Source: the human T2T-CHM13v2.0 reference genome, Homo sapiens
Strand: one strand, 5' to 3'
DNA: 64,000 nt
NCBI RefSeq assembly: GCF_009914755.1
Contig: NC_060926.1
Below the pieces are notes generated by a model, which saw nothing but the letters and a program-made list of their open reading frames with translations, was not told the origin of the DNA and did no database searches. This document shows positions 59,926-64,000 of the stretch, piece after piece. Both the position numbers and the translations under genes were made by a program. The first letter of the stretch is position 1. The number at the start of each line of letters is the position of its first letter.

Positions 59926-60420
59926 CAGGTACACCATTCCCTTAATACATAGAAAACTTCAAGAAAATAATCCAGAATGGTGCAGCTAGCTCCAACATTA
60001 GTCACATTTAGACCCAGCCCTTGTTATAAATATATATTTGGAAATTGCACACATGATTCTCTCATTGAGAATACTTCCCAAAATAAACCTAATGGTAACA
60101 TAGGGCCACAGCCTGACACCCATTGGGCTGATGTATTTCAGAATGCAGAATTTTTCTAATTTTATGGAGGTAATACCGCCCATTTACCTTGTATTAAGTA
60201 ACACCCCAGTAGGTCTGGGAAGCATTCATGTTCAAACATATTAATATTTCCACCACTTAATATGTAAACATTCATATGAATGAGATAAAGGCCAAAAGAG
60301 CCTCACATTTAATTTATGCCATAAAATAAGCTCAAATCAAGTTTCAAAACCAAATGAGAAAACTTAAGAGTTTTCAGAATTTTTGACTTTCAGAATTATA
60401 AGTAAACTATTGAAGACACA
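59926..60420 (-). mobile_element. Tigger-type (MER46C-like) element
   Basis: TTTCAGAATGCAGAATTTTTCTAATTTTA...TAACACCCCAGTAGGTCTGGG...GTTTTCAGAATTTTTGACTTTCAGAATT is the reverse of the copy at 61863; left boundary uncertain. Confidence 0.55.
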
Positions 60421-60973
60421 CAACATATCTTCCCTTAGGGAGTTTTAAATCCTATTAAGTTACTATAACCAAAAATTTACACATCTCATGGGCAAGATCC
60501 AAATTGCATTTAAAGCCACTTGTTCAATTATAAAAGGGCATATATTATTTCCAGTCACGCCATTGTACTTTGAACACGTAAGGGATGACTTTTAGTTCAT
60601 GATGATGATTTTAAAGGTATTGAAGGAAAAAGTCTTCAAGTGAGAATAAAAGTTGGTTTGCCAAATTATTTTTAAAACATTTTACAGATTTGAAAGGGAA
60701 AATTTGAGAAAATTTATTTTTTTGGAAATTAAGGAAAATAAGACTTTTTAAAAAATCATTGACATTTTAGGTCCTAAAAACTACAGCGAGTAATGGGTGA
60801 GCTTAATTCCTAGAGCATTCGCTCCTCTGTTTTAGATGGCATTAAAAGCAGGGACATTCCTATAGGACCTGCCAGGGCCCTTCAGCACTAGCATACCCTG
60901 CTGGGGAGTGCGGCAGGTAAATGGAGGAATAGATGCAAAGGTTTCATGTGGCAAAAACAAAAAGGAACAGTGT

Positions 60974-61273
<300 letters not shown>

Positions 61274-61862
61274 ACAACAGTGTGGTAGAATTTCCTGAGT
61301 ATTATGATGAAAAATACTGTGGCCTGATATATTTTGGTCTTTCCCAAATATGTCTATGCTCAAAGCATCTTTGAATGTGATATTTTGTAGGGATCTCATA
61401 GGCTTTATTCACTCAATCAATCACTATTTACTGAGATACTACTTATGTGCCAGAAAGAGTACTAGGCCCTTGAGATACAATGGTGAATAGAAAGCCTTTG
61501 TTCTATTCATAATGCAGTGGAGAGATATAAGCAGTTTCTGAGGAAAATAATTTAGGTTAGGCAGATGAAAAACATCAGGCTTCCGATCCCACAGTCATCA
61601 CATTTTCTTAACTTGCTTTGTGCCTTCAGATAATTTGGCATTCCTACCTTTGGATTAGGTAAGAACAGAATGCAGTTCATAAAAATAACTACAATTAATT
61701 GAGCATTTTGTATCAGGCCTTTCACTAAGCCCAGTTATGTAACTATCTCATTTTATTCTCACAACAACTGTATTAGAAGTACAATTATTATTATTATTTT
61801 ACAAATAAGTAAAACAAAGATTAGAGAGGACAAAGAATCCTTTCTAGCTCCCACCACTGAGT

Positions 61863-62166
61863 ACAGGTCCAAAATTTCTGTATTCCCAAATCTGAAAAGC
61901 TCTGAAAACAAAATATGTTTTTCATAATTGTTTAGCATCAAATCTTGCCCTAAACAGTCTTTATATTGCTCTCTTAGGGAAAAAAGTTCCTACATTCATA
62001 TACTTCTCTACAGCAATAGTCATATGCTTGATTAAGGAGTACTTCCTTAGACCCTGCTGGGGATATTATGTAATACATAATAATGCATTGTATTTCCTTT
62101 CTAAAATAAGAATAATTCTAATTTATGACACATCCAAGAATTTTAGATAAGAGATATAGAACTCTG
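61863..62166 (+). mobile_element. Tigger-type (MER46C-like) MITE
   Basis: TA|CAGGTCCAAAATT...AAAAGCTCTGAAAAC...AGACCCTGCTGGGGATATTATGTAATA...TTTCTAAAAT...GATAAGAGAT. Confidence 0.65.
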
Positions 62167-62235
62167 GTTTATTTATCTCCAGGCTATCCTTACCAGATAG
62201 TTCTCAAAAACCTCTTTTAACAAGTCTATAGTACT

Positions 62236-62353
62236 TAGGGTGGCCATATAATTTATCATTGAAACATTTCAGATGCATTACTAATAATTACTCAGGGACA
62301 GAGGGCATAAATTGGGATCATTCTGGGCAAAAAAGGATGTATGGCCCACCCTA
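62236..62353 (+). mobile_element. MER94-like hAT-Blackjack MITE
   Basis: Terminal inverted repeats TAGGGTGGCCATA...TATGGCCCACCCTA around ATAATTTATC and TAATAATTAC. Confidence 0.8.
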
Positions 62354-63057
62354 GTTTGGTGACCATGTGGCCTGAGGAAGAGTGAATGCCCAGTAATTGA
62401 TGAAGTGTTTATATCTGAGTTAGATGGAATTTGCCTGCTAAAGTAATGTAAGCATAGCAACTATAAGCTTTTAAGAGTTTTAGAAAGACTTTAAGAGGGG
62501 TAATGGCTCTTGGCTTTGAGAAAAACTCCCTCTGACCCAGTGTGGAAGGACCATGGGTATGAAACTAAGGACAGCTATAAGTAAAAAGGTTATCTTAACA
62601 ATTAGGCAAAACCTGATGAAGACTGAAAATAATACATTATTAGCACAGTCTACACTCAAGGGAAGGAATCATTTGAATTGCAGATGGATGACCAATTGGA
62701 TATGGGCAATAAAGGAGAGAGGGGAGTCTAGGAAAATTCCCAGACACTTGGCCCAGACACTTGGAAAATGATTTGCTGAGATAGAGAACTCAGATAGCCA
62801 CTTTTGGGAAAATAGCCTGAGATCTTCAATTTAGTGTGTCTGGGATACTTCAAACTCTACTAGCAGAAAAATTTACATGAAATTAGGTAATAAGGAGTAT
62901 TTCTTTCTACCACTCCATCCCTTGTCCCAAATGGACTGACACAGTACTTTAAACATGGTAGATGCCAAATAAAGATTTTTGTCTGTTGCCTGTAAGGATT
63001 CTTGAGGTATTGACTGCTAATCTGCAGTATAATTATCCCTAGTCAAGGATTATTCAC

Positions 63058-63500
63058 TGTATTAGTTAGGGTTCTCTGGAGAGACAGAATTAATAGGATA
63101 GATATATAAATATATATAAAGGGGAGTTCATTAAGTATTAACTCACATGATCACAAGTTCCCACAATAGGCTGTCTGAAAGCTTGAGGAGCAAGGAGAGT
63201 CAGTCTGAGTCTCAAAACAGAAGAACTTGGAGTCTGATGTTTGAGGGCAGAAGGTATCCAGGATGGGAGAAAGATGTAGGCTGGGAGGCTAGGCCAGTCT
63301 CTGCTTTTCACATTTTTCTGCCTGCTTTATATTTGCTGGCGCTAATTAGATTGTGCCCACCAGATTAGGGTGCATCTGCCTTCCCCAGCCCACTGGCTCA
63401 AATGTTAATCTCCTTTGGAAATACCCTCACAGACACACCCAGGATCAGTAGTTTGCATCCTTCAATCCAGTCAAGTTGACAGTCAGTATTAACCATCACA
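63058..63500 (-). mobile_element. MLT2A1 LTR (3' LTR of an HERV-L provirus)
   Basis: TGTATTAGTTAGGGTTCTC...CAAGTTGACAGTCAGTATTAACCATCACA, adjoined by the polypurine tract GACAAGGGGTAGACT on the minus strand. Confidence 0.93.
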
Positions 63501-64000
63501 AGTCTACCCCTTGTCAACTTGAACCCACACACACCTCCTCAGATCATATATAATCTTCAAATAAAGACAACAATAAGATTATAATACAACTATCTTTCAT
63601 ACAACCGGAAACACACCAATCCCCAACTCAAATACTATTACGTAAAGTTAATGATATTTAAATGCTGATGTAAACTCAATAAATCTTGTCACATGATAAA
63701 GGATAAAAGAAATAAAATGAAGATATTTTCTTAGTACAAGAGTATACCTGCACAAACATGTTTTTAACAAAAGAATGAGGAATACTCATGATAATTACAG
63801 TCCTTGTTTCTGCAACTGGTCACATGGTAATAGCTGGCATTGATGACTACCTTCTTCTACTGACAATTCTGTATTCCCTTTGCCTTCAGCAAGCACCTCA
63901 GCAGGTCATGGTTTTTTTCCTGGTGGAGTGACCCAAACCTTCATTCCTGAAGGATCTGGACCATTTGCAGTCCTGCCTGGATTGGACTGTTGTAGTTTCC
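63501..64000 (-). mobile_element. HERV-L internal sequence, 3' end; continues beyond the window
   Basis: Minus frame reads KLQQSNPGRTANGPDPSGMKVWVTPPGKKP*PAEVLAEGKGNTE...DQLQKQGL* (stop at 63795-63797), the ERVL pol/dUTPase-region C-terminus, with a premature TGA at 63906-63908. Confidence 0.88.

Overview
Primate (human-like) AT-rich genomic DNA with no CpG island and no recognisable cellular protein-coding gene. It looks intergenic or deep-intronic. It is dominated by interspersed repeats: about 13 Alu copies or monomers, many with target-site duplications (TSDs), and several L1 fragments. One L1 is a 4.16-kb L1PA8-like element that keeps both ends but has lost ORF1 and the ORF2 endonuclease. 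There are also MaLR/ERVL/ERV1 LTRs, the 3' end of an HERV-L provirus at the right edge, hAT/Tigger MITEs, MIRs and L2s. Most ORFs in the supplied track are Alu/L1/LTR artefacts or chance. The best unexplained signals are: (1) a 218-codon ORF at 49338-49994 behind a strong splice acceptor, with two small phase-compatible candidate exons upstream; (2) a 31-bp tandem repeat carrying three phased STAT5/BCL6-type sites (55131-55216), plus a second STAT cluster at 18016-18053; (3) a GATA/ETS/E-box/NF-E2 motif cluster at about 7050-7261; (4) three RFX X-box-like sites; (5) a candidate terminal exon at 31912-32190. Repeat subfamily names come from recalled consensus sequences, not from a search. I cannot identify the locus, and none of the candidate systems is proven by sequence alone.
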